Positions 25,566 to 34,214 of a stretch of 63,082 bases of DNA are shown here, in pieces (position 1 is the stretch's first letter; every line of letters begins with the position of its first letter). Below the pieces are notes generated by a model. The model did not search any database. It saw only the letters and a program-made list of their open reading frames with translations, and had not been told where the DNA came from. Source of the stretch: a virus. The translations under genes and the position numbers were made by a program. The stretch covers positions 1 to 63,082 of the IMG/VR virus record IMGVR_UViG_3300025229_000020. The stretch is one strand, 5' to 3'.

Positions 25566-26066
25566 ATGGATGGCATGGAACAAAAGCTTGAATATGACCA
25601 GGAACAAGAATTGATACTTGACGAGAAGGTCAGATCCATGGGTTACCGACAGCCGATCATTGACCGACTAGATCGGCAAACACGAAAGGGCATTGTGGAG
25701 TACGGGGATACAATCGACAAGTCTGGTCATCTTCGAAATAACACCGACAGGTTGGAGTATCTGGCAGAAGAGTTAACGGACGCGCTGGTCTACATAGAAG
25801 ATTACAATGCCAACATGTCCAATATTGAGCGTTTGTTTCAGGAAGTAGCAGCTGAGAGGGCAGTGTATCTGAAGGAATTGGACACGGTCAAAACGATCTT
25901 ACTGGAATGCATTCAAACCAAGAAGCCAATAGAACTTGCGCCGTGGTCAAACTCAATTGCATTAGAACCACTGCAAGTGAGTGATTTAGCTAGATTATTG
26001 GCAAAGCAGTACGATGATGACCACAAAAAGCTAGTTAGATTGACAGCAGAGAAGATCGAGTCATAA
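25566..26066 (+). CDS. Hypothetical protein
   Basis: 166 aa; the start may be ATG 25575. Confidence 0.55.
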   Translation: MDGMEQKLEYDQEQELILDEKVRSMGYRQPIIDRLDRQTRKGIVEYGDTIDKSGHLRNNTDRLEYLAEELTDALVYIEDYNANMSNIERLFQEVAAERAVYLKELDTVKTILLECIQTKKPIELAPWSNSIALEPLQVSDLARLLAKQYDDDHKKLVRLTAEKIES

Positions 26067-26148
26067 AAAAAGCCCCCTCAGCGGGAGCTAACGTGAAATC
26101 GACAATTTTTATTATACCACGGGCTTACCATGAGGGGGAGTTTTACAA

Positions 26149-26625
26149 ATGAGCGCACAGCTGGATCTTTTCGTGACCGATGCAGACAAGGAAAATGCAC
26201 GGAATTTGCTCAAAGCCTATCCATCATTCAAGGCAGCCGTGGAAATCTTCACGATTGAGAAGCACTTCCCTGAACAGTATGACTATAACGAGATAGAGAT
26301 GGCCAACATTGAAGGGAAAGGGACTCGGGGAGACCTGGACGGACGGGGAACAAGAGGCGATGTGGTAGGCAACACTGTCATCCTTCGGGAAGAGCGCCCA
26401 GCAATGATCCTCGACTTTGAAAAGAAGTGTAGGGCGGTCGAAAGGGCCATGGGCGCTCTGACGTGGGAAGGCAAAGAGATAATGACCAAGTGCTACTTCG
26501 AGCAAAAGAGAGACAAACACATCTACGAAATGGTATTGAATTGGCCGAAGAGCACTTACGATTTCCATAAAAACAGAGCAATCAATCAAGTCACGTTCAT
26601 TTTGAAGACGGCTGGAGTAATTTAG
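26149..26625 (+). CDS. ArpU-like late transcriptional regulator
   Basis: 158 aa; lies just upstream of the packaging region; C-terminal sigma-region-4-like segment EIMTKCYFEQKRDKHIYEMVLNWPKSTYDFHKNRAINQV. Confidence 0.5.
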   Translation: MSAQLDLFVTDADKENARNLLKAYPSFKAAVEIFTIEKHFPEQYDYNEIEMANIEGKGTRGDLDGRGTRGDVVGNTVILREERPAMILDFEKKCRAVERAMGALTWEGKEIMTKCYFEQKRDKHIYEMVLNWPKSTYDFHKNRAINQVTFILKTAGVI

Positions 26626-26636
26626 CCGTCTTTTTC
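26605..26636 (+). terminator. Rho-independent terminator
   Basis: 9-bp stem AAGACGGCT/AGCCGTCTT followed by a T run. Confidence 0.8.
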
Positions 26637-26736
26637 ATTGGGCGAAATTTAAGCGAAACCTAGACTTTTCTTGTACCAAAATTGAACGTCAACCCTGGTA
26701 TGATGAGAGCATGAAAAATTGTGAAGGTGATCAAAT

Positions 26737-26997
26737 ATGGCTTCGCTCAACAAACTGCGCGATAGGAACCTGAAACGCATGGCAAGCAGATTGATCAACG
26801 AAGGATTCCACTTGGCTGAGACACAGCGCGCATGTGACGGGAGTGAATACGTCTTCTTGGTTCCGTCAAATAGAAGCCGGATTCTCAGATTGGAGTCGCC
26901 TGAGAACGAAGATGAAGAAGTGAAGTTCGTATCAATTACCGAAGATGATTTTCGAATCTTCCAGGAGCATTGCAAAACAAATACTGGGATGAAATAG
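26737..26997 (+). CDS. Hypothetical protein
   Basis: 86 aa; RBS GAAGGTGA; followed by the hairpin AGCCATCC..GGGTGGCT and a T run. Confidence 0.55.
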   Translation: MASLNKLRDRNLKRMASRLINEGFHLAETQRACDGSEYVFLVPSNRSRILRLESPENEDEEVKFVSITEDDFRIFQEHCKTNTGMK

Positions 26998-27036
26998 CCA
27001 TCCTTCTGGGGTGGCTTTTCTATTGGGGCTGAGACT

Positions 27037-27192
27037 ATGAGATTTATTAAGAAGGTCGTTAAATCAACACCGACCGTCGAGTTGCCAAAAGACCACAAAT
27101 GCTATGGCTGCGTGTGGGCAAACGCTCATGACAATAAAGTGGTATGCGTGCGAATGCCATGTATTAAAGCAAAATGGCCAGTGAGGAAGTAG
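27037..27192 (+). CDS. Cys-rich 51-aa hypothetical protein
   Basis: MRFIKKVV...CYGCVWANAHDNKVVCVRMPCIK; weak RBS. Confidence 0.35.
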   Translation: MRFIKKVVKSTPTVELPKDHKCYGCVWANAHDNKVVCVRMPCIKAKWPVRK

Positions 27193-27404
27193 TGGTGCCC
27201 GGCGCACAGGGGAACATACGGGGATAGCCCCGACAAATGTGCTGCAGGGTGAAGGCTCTGGCCACCTGCCCCTTGTTCGGCGGGCATTGCTCGCCTCATC
27301 TACTATCCCCCATACTACCGCCCTGGAAACGGGGCGGGATTTTCAATTCTGGACAAGATTCCTCCGTTGTATCAAAATAGGAAAATAAAGGGGGGATCAA
27401 CATT

Positions 27405-27929
27405 ATGTTTCAGCAAACAAGTGCGTTTATTGATGCGCTCAAACAATGGAACCATGAAGTTGGAGAGTACACCACACTGGACTTCCGTACCTTACTATTT
27501 ATGGTGAGCTATCCCATTAAGGTAAATGAACTCTTTGCGGATAGTGCGGAAGAACAATTGAAAGAGTTGGAAGCGAGAATCAAAGAACTCGTTAGCACGC
27601 AAGGCATTGATGAGGACTTCCTTATCACTGGGCTTATTGCTGCTGTGACTAAGAAACTTGAGCAACAACTTACTGGTCATGGTGAGTCTATCACAACTAA
27701 TGAATTTATGTTGGAATATGCGATTGAGAACGGGAAAGAAGGCATTGCTAACCAGGTTAAAAGAGTCCTCGAACGAGTTAAGGACTCGTCCTATTACTAC
27801 AATGCTGAAAACGCCATTGACAAATGGGAAGTTATCCTTGCGAAGAATTTCAGTCGCGCGAACCGCAGAGAATGGGACGGGAATAGATTGAGCGAGCAAT
27901 TTCGGAATTTCAAAGTAATGAATGAATAG
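27405..27929 (+). CDS. Hypothetical protein
   Basis: 174 aa; RBS AAAGGGGGGA. Confidence 0.6.
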   Translation: MFQQTSAFIDALKQWNHEVGEYTTLDFRTLLFMVSYPIKVNELFADSAEEQLKELEARIKELVSTQGIDEDFLITGLIAAVTKKLEQQLTGHGESITTNEFMLEYAIENGKEGIANQVKRVLERVKDSSYYYNAENAIDKWEVILAKNFSRANRREWDGNRLSEQFRNFKVMNE

Positions 27930-27950
27930 AGCCTTTGGGCTCTTTTTTTG
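27928..27950 (+). terminator. Rho-independent terminator
   Basis: AGAGCC-tttg-GGCTCT followed by T7. Confidence 0.75.
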
Positions 27951-28073
27951 TTCAACGCTGGGCAGCTGAAAGAGACCTCGGATCCAACCTATAAAAAGGC
28001 CTTATCCCGGGTGAGGATGAATTCGGCTCACGAGCGGTGTTCAAGTATAGATTTACAAGGAGGGTGGAAAGGG

Positions 28074-28577
28074 ATGGATGAACGTTATGTGGATCAAGAC
28101 ACCGGCGAAATCCTCCGTCAGGAAACCATCCTATTACGAAGCGACCAAACGTATCGTGTTTTCCGAAAGGGCGGAGGGCGCCGGATCAAATTCGTTAAAT
28201 TCAGGACCAGTCATCGTGTGAAGCGGCTGATTTACAACATGCCGAACGATGAATTGGTCTTTTTCTTTCGGATCGCCTTGTATGCGACAGAAGGTTTCAA
28301 CTACTTAATGGGGGATAACGAACGCGGACGGCGCGGATCGCCATTATCAATCAATGACCTGGCTAAGATTACGAAGAGCTCTCTTTCAACCGCCAGGAGG
28401 CACGTGAAGAACCTGACGGATAAAAAGGTGATTAGACAAACCGAGCTGCAGGATGGCCAGAAAGTATGGGCCATCAATCCAATGTACGCGATCAATGGGA
28501 AGGAACCTGCACCAGAGCTACTGCAACTATTCAGTCAGGAAATTGAAGATTCTGGGGAAGGGGGCGATGGTGAATGA
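28074..28577 (+). CDS. RepL-like wHTH replication/maintenance protein
   Basis: MDERYVDQDTGEIL..., FVKF.., central wHTH SINDLAKITKSSLSTARRHVKNLTDKKVIRQ and ..WAINPMYAINGK follow the firmicute RepL layout as recalled; RBS AAGGAGGGTGG. Confidence 0.5.
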   Translation: MDERYVDQDTGEILRQETILLRSDQTYRVFRKGGGRRIKFVKFRTSHRVKRLIYNMPNDELVFFFRIALYATEGFNYLMGDNERGRRGSPLSINDLAKITKSSLSTARRHVKNLTDKKVIRQTELQDGQKVWAINPMYAINGKEPAPELLQLFSQEIEDSGEGGDGE

Positions 28578-28732
28578 TCAGCCGTTTCTTGTTGACGATA
28601 TCAGATAGGGCGTTGGAAATCATGCTGGTCCTTTCTGTTATAGAAATTCTGAGAGGTCATCACGAAAATGCAAGGTGGTTTCTGTTGTTTGGGATGATCT
28701 TTGACATAAGAAGCAAACCAGCACGATTTTAA
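28574..28732 (+). CDS. Hypothetical 52-aa membrane peptide
   Basis: ATGA coupling to the RepL-like stop; hydrophobic segments. Confidence 0.35.
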   Translation: MISRFLLTISDRALEIMLVLSVIEILRGHHENARWFLLFGMIFDIRSKPARF

Positions 28733-28811
28733 TCGATTTTCTCAAAGGTGGTCGCCAGAATCCAAAGCGCAACGAAGCGTTGAGGCTCTAAGCGCCAAGC
28801 CCTCATTCTCT

Positions 28812-28834
28812 GTGTTCATGCGTGAACACTTTTC
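28812..28834 (+). terminator. Terminator-like hairpin
   Basis: GTGTTCA-tgcg-TGAACAC followed by TTTT; a third TGAACAC half-site lies at about 28854. Confidence 0.45.
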
Positions 28835-29005
28835 GGGCAAAAAATGCTCATCCATGAACACATCAAAAACAGCATTCAACCCACGCCACCCAAAGGATAC
28901 AGCCATCGGACTACTGGTGATGTTCTTTATTCTATATACAAACGCCAGTGCAGGGCAGTAGCGTTACTGTGAAAGCAAAATCATTGAGGAAAAGAGCGTG
29001 ACAGC

Positions 29006-29365
29006 ATGCAAGGACTCTATCAGCATTACAAAGGTGGTATTTATCAGGTTTTCGAAACAGCACGACATTCTGAAACACTGGAGGACCTAGTCGTTTATCA
29101 ATCCTGCGAAACGGGAGAATCATGGATTAGACCGTTGACTATGTTTAATGAAACAGTCGAGCATGACGGGCAACAGGTCCCCAGATTCCAAAAGCTTCCC
29201 GATCCTGAACCCGACTACATCGATGAAGATGAAGAGGCGGAGTTCATCCAGGAATACCTCATCAAGAATGGATCAGGCATCATCTCCGTCGATGACATCA
29301 AACTCATTATTGAGGCACAGTTTGAATTCCTGCGGTCGAAGGGACTCGTGACAGAACAAAAATGA
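29006..29365 (+). CDS. DUF1653-domain protein with acidic C-terminal extension
   Basis: YQHYKGGIYQVFETARHSETLEDLVVYQS...WIRPLTMF matches the DUF1653 pattern. Confidence 0.65.
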   Translation: MQGLYQHYKGGIYQVFETARHSETLEDLVVYQSCETGESWIRPLTMFNETVEHDGQQVPRFQKLPDPEPDYIDEDEEAEFIQEYLIKNGSGIISVDDIKLIIEAQFEFLRSKGLVTEQK

Positions 29366-29375
29366 AAAAGCCCCA

Positions 29376-29627
29376 TCAATAGGGCTCGCTCATTATCTCA
29401 GCCAAGACAACGGACATGAACTCGTCCGATGCTACACTCATCTCGGTTTGGCCGCGAAAGAATCTCGTGACGAGCTGTCCATCAACATACTTTGGGAACA
29501 TGATAAATCCGTGCTCATTACTCACCTTGGATGTCCAGCGGTGAACGATGTAGTCAGGGTTGTATTCCCAATGCAATTTTTCGTAAATGAATTCGTCCGA
29601 TTCGGCGAGCTTCTTTGGTTTAATCAT
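29376..29627 (-). CDS. Hypothetical protein
   Basis: 83 aa; RBS GAGGAGAAG. Confidence 0.55.
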   Translation of the reverse strand: MIKPKKLAESDEFIYEKLHWEYNPDYIVHRWTSKVSNEHGFIMFPKYVDGQLVTRFFRGQTEMSVASDEFMSVVLAEIMSEPY

Positions 29628-30040
29628 GATTTTTTCTTCTCCTCTGATAAATGATTATTATTTAGTGGGGCAGATCGGTAAAATTGCACCCATTGATATG
29701 GTTATACTCATTTCGCAAATAATCTTTAAAGGGAAATCTGGAATGTGGGAATCCTGCGTTTATCCCCTGCGGATGGCACTTTTCCCGGTCGGTCGCTTCT
29801 TTTGGTTCCCTTCTAGCAAATTGCTTCTAATAGTAACTAGAGAGATACCAAGGAACAAAACGGGCACAAAAAAGCGGCTGAACCGATACATACGGCTGCC
29901 GGATTAGAATGATGACCTAACTGCTGGTTACCCCATCATGAAGCGTTCGCAAACGTATACCTTACGGGAGATTCGAAAGAACAGACGAAGATAGTTCCTA
30001 AAGGTATTTAAAATATTATACGAACGTTCATGATAATCGC

Positions 30041-30069
30041 TTTACCTTTACGAACGCTCTTGCTATAAT
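30041..30069 (+). promoter_or_regulatory. Promoter of the serine recombinase gene
   Basis: TTTACC (30041-30046), 17 nt, TATAAT (30064-30069); a TACGAACG repeat lies inside the spacer. Confidence 0.6.
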
Positions 30070-30104
30070 TTGGGTAAGAGATAAGTTTGTGGGGGGATTT
30101 AGAT

Positions 30105-30731
30105 ATGGAACTCGGGTATGCTCGTGTATCGTCAAAGGACCAGAACGAAGAACGCCAGGTAAAAAAGCTGATGGATCTGGGAATTGAAGATCGATTCCTT
30201 TTCATCGACAAGCAGAGCGGTAAGGATTTCAACCGTCCGCGCTACCAAGCGATGAAGGACATGATCCGTGAAGGTGATTTGATCTATATCGACGCGCTCG
30301 ATCGACTAGGCCGGGATTATGACGGCATCATCAATGAGTGGAAGTGGATCACACGGGAGCGAAATGCAGACATCGTAGTACTTGAGAACGAAACTCTATT
30401 TGATAGTCGGAAATTCAAAGCCATGGGTGACATGGGTAAACTGATGGAGGATCAATTCCTCGCTCTTCTGGCTTATGTGGCTGAACAGGAGCGTAAGAAA
30501 ATCAAGCAGCGGCAAGCCGAGGGAATTGCCATTGCCAAGGAGAATGGAAAACATCTCGGTCGCCCAAAGGTAACACTGGATGCTCTCACCAAAGAACAGC
30601 GGAAACAATTCGAAGCGCTCTACCCGAAGTGGAAGGGCGAAGAAATCACAGCCGTTCAGTTCATGACAACTCTCGATCTGAAAAAGACAACCTTTTACAA
30701 GATCGTTAAGGAATACGAACAAACTGCATAG
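30105..30731 (+). CDS. Small serine recombinase (resolvase/invertase family)
   Basis: MELGYARVSSKDQNEERQ (catalytic Ser), DRLGRD, C-terminal HTH KKTTFYKIVKEY. Confidence 0.9.
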   Translation: MELGYARVSSKDQNEERQVKKLMDLGIEDRFLFIDKQSGKDFNRPRYQAMKDMIREGDLIYIDALDRLGRDYDGIINEWKWITRERNADIVVLENETLFDSRKFKAMGDMGKLMEDQFLALLAYVAEQERKKIKQRQAEGIAIAKENGKHLGRPKVTLDALTKEQRKQFEALYPKWKGEEITAVQFMTTLDLKKTTFYKIVKEYEQTA

Positions 30732-30740
30732 CGAAATCGA

Positions 30741-30766
30741 AAGACTCCAACCGGGGTCTTTTTTTA
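30741..30766 (+). terminator. Rho-independent terminator
   Basis: AAGACTCC-aacc-GGGGTCTT followed by T7. Confidence 0.75.
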
Positions 30767-30788
30767 TTGCCAGAAAGGTGGAGATCAA

Positions 30789-31100
30789 ATGAGCGTCATC
30801 AGTCACGATGAATTGACGGTTACATTCCGAGGGAATGAATATCGATTCTTAGAGGTCGGAATAGACATTTCCAATCAATTCGACAAACCCATAGGGACCG
30901 TTCTCATGACACATGAAATCGAGGGGTTCGAAGTTCCTCTTTTCCTGGTTGAAGAGACAGACGATGCCGGTGATGTTGGATTTTTCTTCGGTGTGAAGGT
31001 CGGGCAGACTGGGCTGTTCGTCACCCTGCAGGACGAGCGTATTATAGAAACGGCCAACGAGTTGGTCTTTCACGTTGCAGAAATGGAGGGCTGGGAATGA
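30789..31100 (+). CDS. Hypothetical protein
   Basis: 103 aa; RBS GAAAGGTGGAG. Confidence 0.55.
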   Translation: MSVISHDELTVTFRGNEYRFLEVGIDISNQFDKPIGTVLMTHEIEGFEVPLFLVEETDDAGDVGFFFGVKVGQTGLFVTLQDERIIETANELVFHVAEMEGWE

Positions 31101-31657
31101 ATCCGACAATCAAGCTGAAAAAAATACATCCTGATGCAGTTGTGCCCAAATACGCCAAGGAACTGGACTCAGGATTTGATCTGCGAGCAATCGAAGATTA
31201 CGTCATCGCGCCGGGAGAGTCGGTGAAGATCCACACAGGCATAGCCATCGCCCTCCCGCCAGGACACGAGTTGCAGGTCAGGCCGCGTTCCGGTGTCAGC
31301 GAAAAGACAAAGCTTCGCATCAGCAACGCACCTGGCACATGTGACGCGGGCTATCGCGGTGAGATTTGCGTCCTTATCGATAACATTGCGCAGCTGGTTC
31401 CTTCCAGCGTGATGAACGGCAAGATCATGTTTGACGCCACCTTCAAGTTACTCGGCATCGATGGCAAGCCTGCCGATTATGTCCCGTCTGACAGAAAAGA
31501 TGATTCCTTCTACAAGCAGACCTACGTGATCGGGAAGGGTGACAGGATCGCCCAAGGCGTTCTTGCCAGTGTGCTGCAGGGTGAGTTTGAAGTAGTCGAT
31601 GAGCTCGACGAAACAGAGCGCGGGGAAGATGGGTTTGGGAGTAGCGGCAGTAATTAA
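31097..31657 (+). CDS. dut: dUTP diphosphatase with an internal insertion of roughly 35-45 aa
   Basis: AKELDSGFDLRA, VRPRSG, CDAGYRGEI, GDRIAQ, ERGEDGFGSSG are the five Dut motifs. It is 186 aa, against about 140-150 aa for typical trimeric Duts. Confidence 0.9.
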   Translation: MNPTIKLKKIHPDAVVPKYAKELDSGFDLRAIEDYVIAPGESVKIHTGIAIALPPGHELQVRPRSGVSEKTKLRISNAPGTCDAGYRGEICVLIDNIAQLVPSSVMNGKIMFDATFKLLGIDGKPADYVPSDRKDDSFYKQTYVIGKGDRIAQGVLASVLQGEFEVVDELDETERGEDGFGSSGSN

Positions 31658-31680
31658 GAAAGGGCTGTACGCCCCTCTTC

Positions 31681-31779
31681 TTACAGAGAGATGTACAACC
31701 CGGCTCCGAGCAATGCAAGTCCATAAAAAATGGCTTTGATTGCGTCAGCCGTGATCTCGAAATTTACATGAAATTTCAT
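31681..31779 (-). CDS. 32-aa hydrophobic peptide (MKFHVNFEITADAIKAIFYGLALLGAGLYISL)
   Basis: RBS AAAGGA; convergent with dut; one TM helix. Confidence 0.3.
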   Translation of the reverse strand: MKFHVNFEITADAIKAIFYGLALLGAGLYISL

Positions 31780-31975
31780 GAGTCACGTCCTTTCTCGGAG
31801 AATCGCAATTTCATCATACACGGCATGACCATATACTGTAAACCGTCTATAACCATCAAATTAGATTGACTGGCACCGTAGCAATGTATTTACACCCACG
31901 GAAGGGGAAACGCGCTAATTTCATGGCTAAAATCGCTAAAATGCATCTGCAAGCCATAGAAAGGAGTGAATAAGC

Positions 31976-32527
31976 ATGGCAGCCAAGACAGAAGCAGGCA
32001 AGCAAAAGCAAAAAGAAGCCTTGATGGAGCATCGCCCAGACTCGCCAAACCTCAAGCATGGTGTGCCTGGGTTCCTCCAATCCGGCTTGCACCCGTGTGT
32101 GAAGTGTGTGAAACAAAAGACTTGTGATCGTTTCAAGAAAGGTGCTGACTGTTCCTATCTCGCAGAATTTCAGCGGAATATCGAGGTAGGGGTTATGGAC
32201 CTGGAATACATCGACGATCAAGACCTGATGATGGTACAGGTACTGGCAAAGGATATGGCTGCAATCGCGCTATGCGAGATGTATTTCTCCGTGGAGGGCA
32301 TGGTCATCCATGACAAGCGCAAGAAGCAGCTATCCTCACAGCCATTGGTCAGCACTTATAACGAATTGAAGCGATCTGTGCGGGAAACCATGAAGGCTTT
32401 GGGTATTGGTCCGGCAGCAAGGGCAAGGTTGAAGATGGAGCAGGTCAACGTCGTGAAGCAGATCAATGAGCTTGGTCTGGACGAAGACAAATCAGCTCTG
32501 GAAGGCACTGAGTTCCTCAATGATTAA
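31976..32527 (+). CDS. terS: Terminase small subunit
   Basis: Lies immediately upstream of and overlapping TerL; C-terminal ..ETMKALGIGPAARARLK is typical of P27-type small terminases. Confidence 0.6.
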   Translation: MAAKTEAGKQKQKEALMEHRPDSPNLKHGVPGFLQSGLHPCVKCVKQKTCDRFKKGADCSYLAEFQRNIEVGVMDLEYIDDQDLMMVQVLAKDMAAIALCEMYFSVEGMVIHDKRKKQLSSQPLVSTYNELKRSVRETMKALGIGPAARARLKMEQVNVVKQINELGLDEDKSALEGTEFLND

Positions 32528-34202
32528 TTTCGCGAAGGAAATCCGCGCCAAGATCGATGCGTTGACCAAGAAGGATGCAAAGAAGGGAAAGAAAGCATAC
32601 GACATCCTTAAGGATTTCGAGCAGTTTGCCACTCGGTGCCTGAAGATCAAGACCAAAGAGGGCGCGATCGTTCCTTTTTCGCTTAACGAGGCCCAAAAGC
32701 GCTTTGCTCGGCTGGTCTTCGAACGGATGCAGAATGGGAAACCCGTACGAATCATCATCCTGAAGGCACGGCAGATGGGATTCTCTACTGTAACCGAGGC
32801 GATCATTTACTATCTGACGTCTACCCAGGAAGCAAAGAATAGCTTTATCGTCGCTCAGGACTCCAAGGCGTCCGAAAACCTGTATGAAATGTTCAAAACG
32901 TACTACGATTACGTGCCAGCGCTGTACAAGCCCATGAGGAAACGGAACAACTCCCGCAAGCTAACATTTGAGAACCCGACAGCGCTGGAATCACTGCGGC
33001 AGAAGAATCCGGGGTTGAAGTCACAAATCACGGTAGACTCCGCAGAAGCAAACGTCTTGGCTCGTTCAGGCACCATCCATTACGCGCACATCTCAGAGTT
33101 GGCGTGGTGGCCAGAGAACAAGAAGTCCAAGCACATGCTTGCCCTGATGAACTCCCTGTCAGACGCGGCTGGCACACTTTGTATTATAGAATCCACGGCG
33201 AACGGCATCGGGGAGCATTATCAGCAGATGTGGGAGAAGGCCGAGAAGGGGGAGAACGACTTTATCCCGTTGTTCTTCGCCTGGCATGAATTTCCGTCAT
33301 ACCGTGAGGAATTCGATTTCGAAGAGGAAATGCTGGATTTTGCAGCATCTTTGGATGAAGAAGAGAAGTTTCTGCAAAGCCGATTCAACCTGCAGCTGGA
33401 GCAACTGAAGTGGCGCCGATCGACGATCCGTAACAAGTGTGACGGCGACGTGAAGCTGTTTCAGCAGGAGTATCCGTCGTTTCCTGAAGAAGCGTTCCTG
33501 GTATCCGGAAGAGGAATCTTTGATCAGCGGAAAATTCAAGAGGAAATGCTTAATGCACCGGAACCAATCCGCGAGGAAATGGACGGTGCTGTTTTGATTT
33601 GGGAAGACCCGCAGGAAGATGAGCTCTACGATATGGGCGCTGACGTCGCCGAAGGTTTGGACGACAAAGATACCGACTCTTCTACCTACCTCATCTGGAA
33701 GCGAAGCACCGGGGAACAAGTCGCTGAGTTGCAGATCAAAGCCGAGCCATTTGAGTTTGCAGAGATCCTGAATCAATATGGCCGCCATTACAACAATGCA
33801 TTGCTTGGCGTAGAGCGTAACAACCATGGGCACGCGGTTCTCCTTGCGCTCATCCAGATATTCGACTACGCGAACCTGTATGAACACAAGGATTACGATC
33901 AGAAAGGGAATGTGGAGAAGCGCCCGGGCTGGCCAACTACATTGAAAACGAGAGCCATCCTGGTTGAAGAGTTCCGCCAAGCCTACAAAGATGGCGAAGT
34001 GAAGATAAAGTCCCGACGGTTACTTGGCGAGATGCGAACGTTTGTGAAGAAAAACGGCAAGGCCCAGCACCAGGCAGGCTGCCACGATGACATTCTGTTC
34101 GGGGCTATGATCGGCTGGGAAATGCGGAAGCATAGGCATCGCGGAAGCATAAAGCCTATCGGGTTCTCCATCATGCCTGACTTTAAAGCAATTTTTGGAT
34201 AA
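32520..34202 (+). CDS. terL: Terminase large subunit
   Basis: PFSLNEAQKRF, ATPase segment IIILKARQMGFSTV, nuclease-half CHDDILFG; internal start of track ORF 32466. Confidence 0.85.
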   Translation: MINFAKEIRAKIDALTKKDAKKGKKAYDILKDFEQFATRCLKIKTKEGAIVPFSLNEAQKRFARLVFERMQNGKPVRIIILKARQMGFSTVTEAIIYYLTSTQEAKNSFIVAQDSKASENLYEMFKTYYDYVPALYKPMRKRNNSRKLTFENPTALESLRQKNPGLKSQITVDSAEANVLARSGTIHYAHISELAWWPENKKSKHMLALMNSLSDAAGTLCIIESTANGIGEHYQQMWEKAEKGENDFIPLFFAWHEFPSYREEFDFEEEMLDFAASLDEEEKFLQSRFNLQLEQLKWRRSTIRNKCDGDVKLFQQEYPSFPEEAFLVSGRGIFDQRKIQEEMLNAPEPIREEMDGAVLIWEDPQEDELYDMGADVAEGLDDKDTDSSTYLIWKRSTGEQVAELQIKAEPFEFAEILNQYGRHYNNALLGVERNNHGHAVLLALIQIFDYANLYEHKDYDQKGNVEKRPGWPTTLKTRAILVEEFRQAYKDGEVKIKSRRLLGEMRTFVKKNGKAQHQAGCHDDILFGAMIGWEMRKHRHRGSIKPIGFSIMPDFKAIFG

Positions 34203-34214
34203 GGAGGTGAGAAT

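Noticed and set aside
26067-26110. Possible terminator after 25566..26066 (AAAAAGCCCCCTCAGCGGGAGCT)
   Set aside because: The two arms do not pair well (GCCCCC versus GGGAGC) and there is no T run.
29587-29907. 106-aa plus-strand ORF in the 29.6-30.1 kb gap
   Set aside because: It has no RBS and starts inside the oppositely oriented gene 29376..29627. It is probably non-coding spacer upstream of the recombinase. No tRNA-like cloverleaf could be drawn there either.
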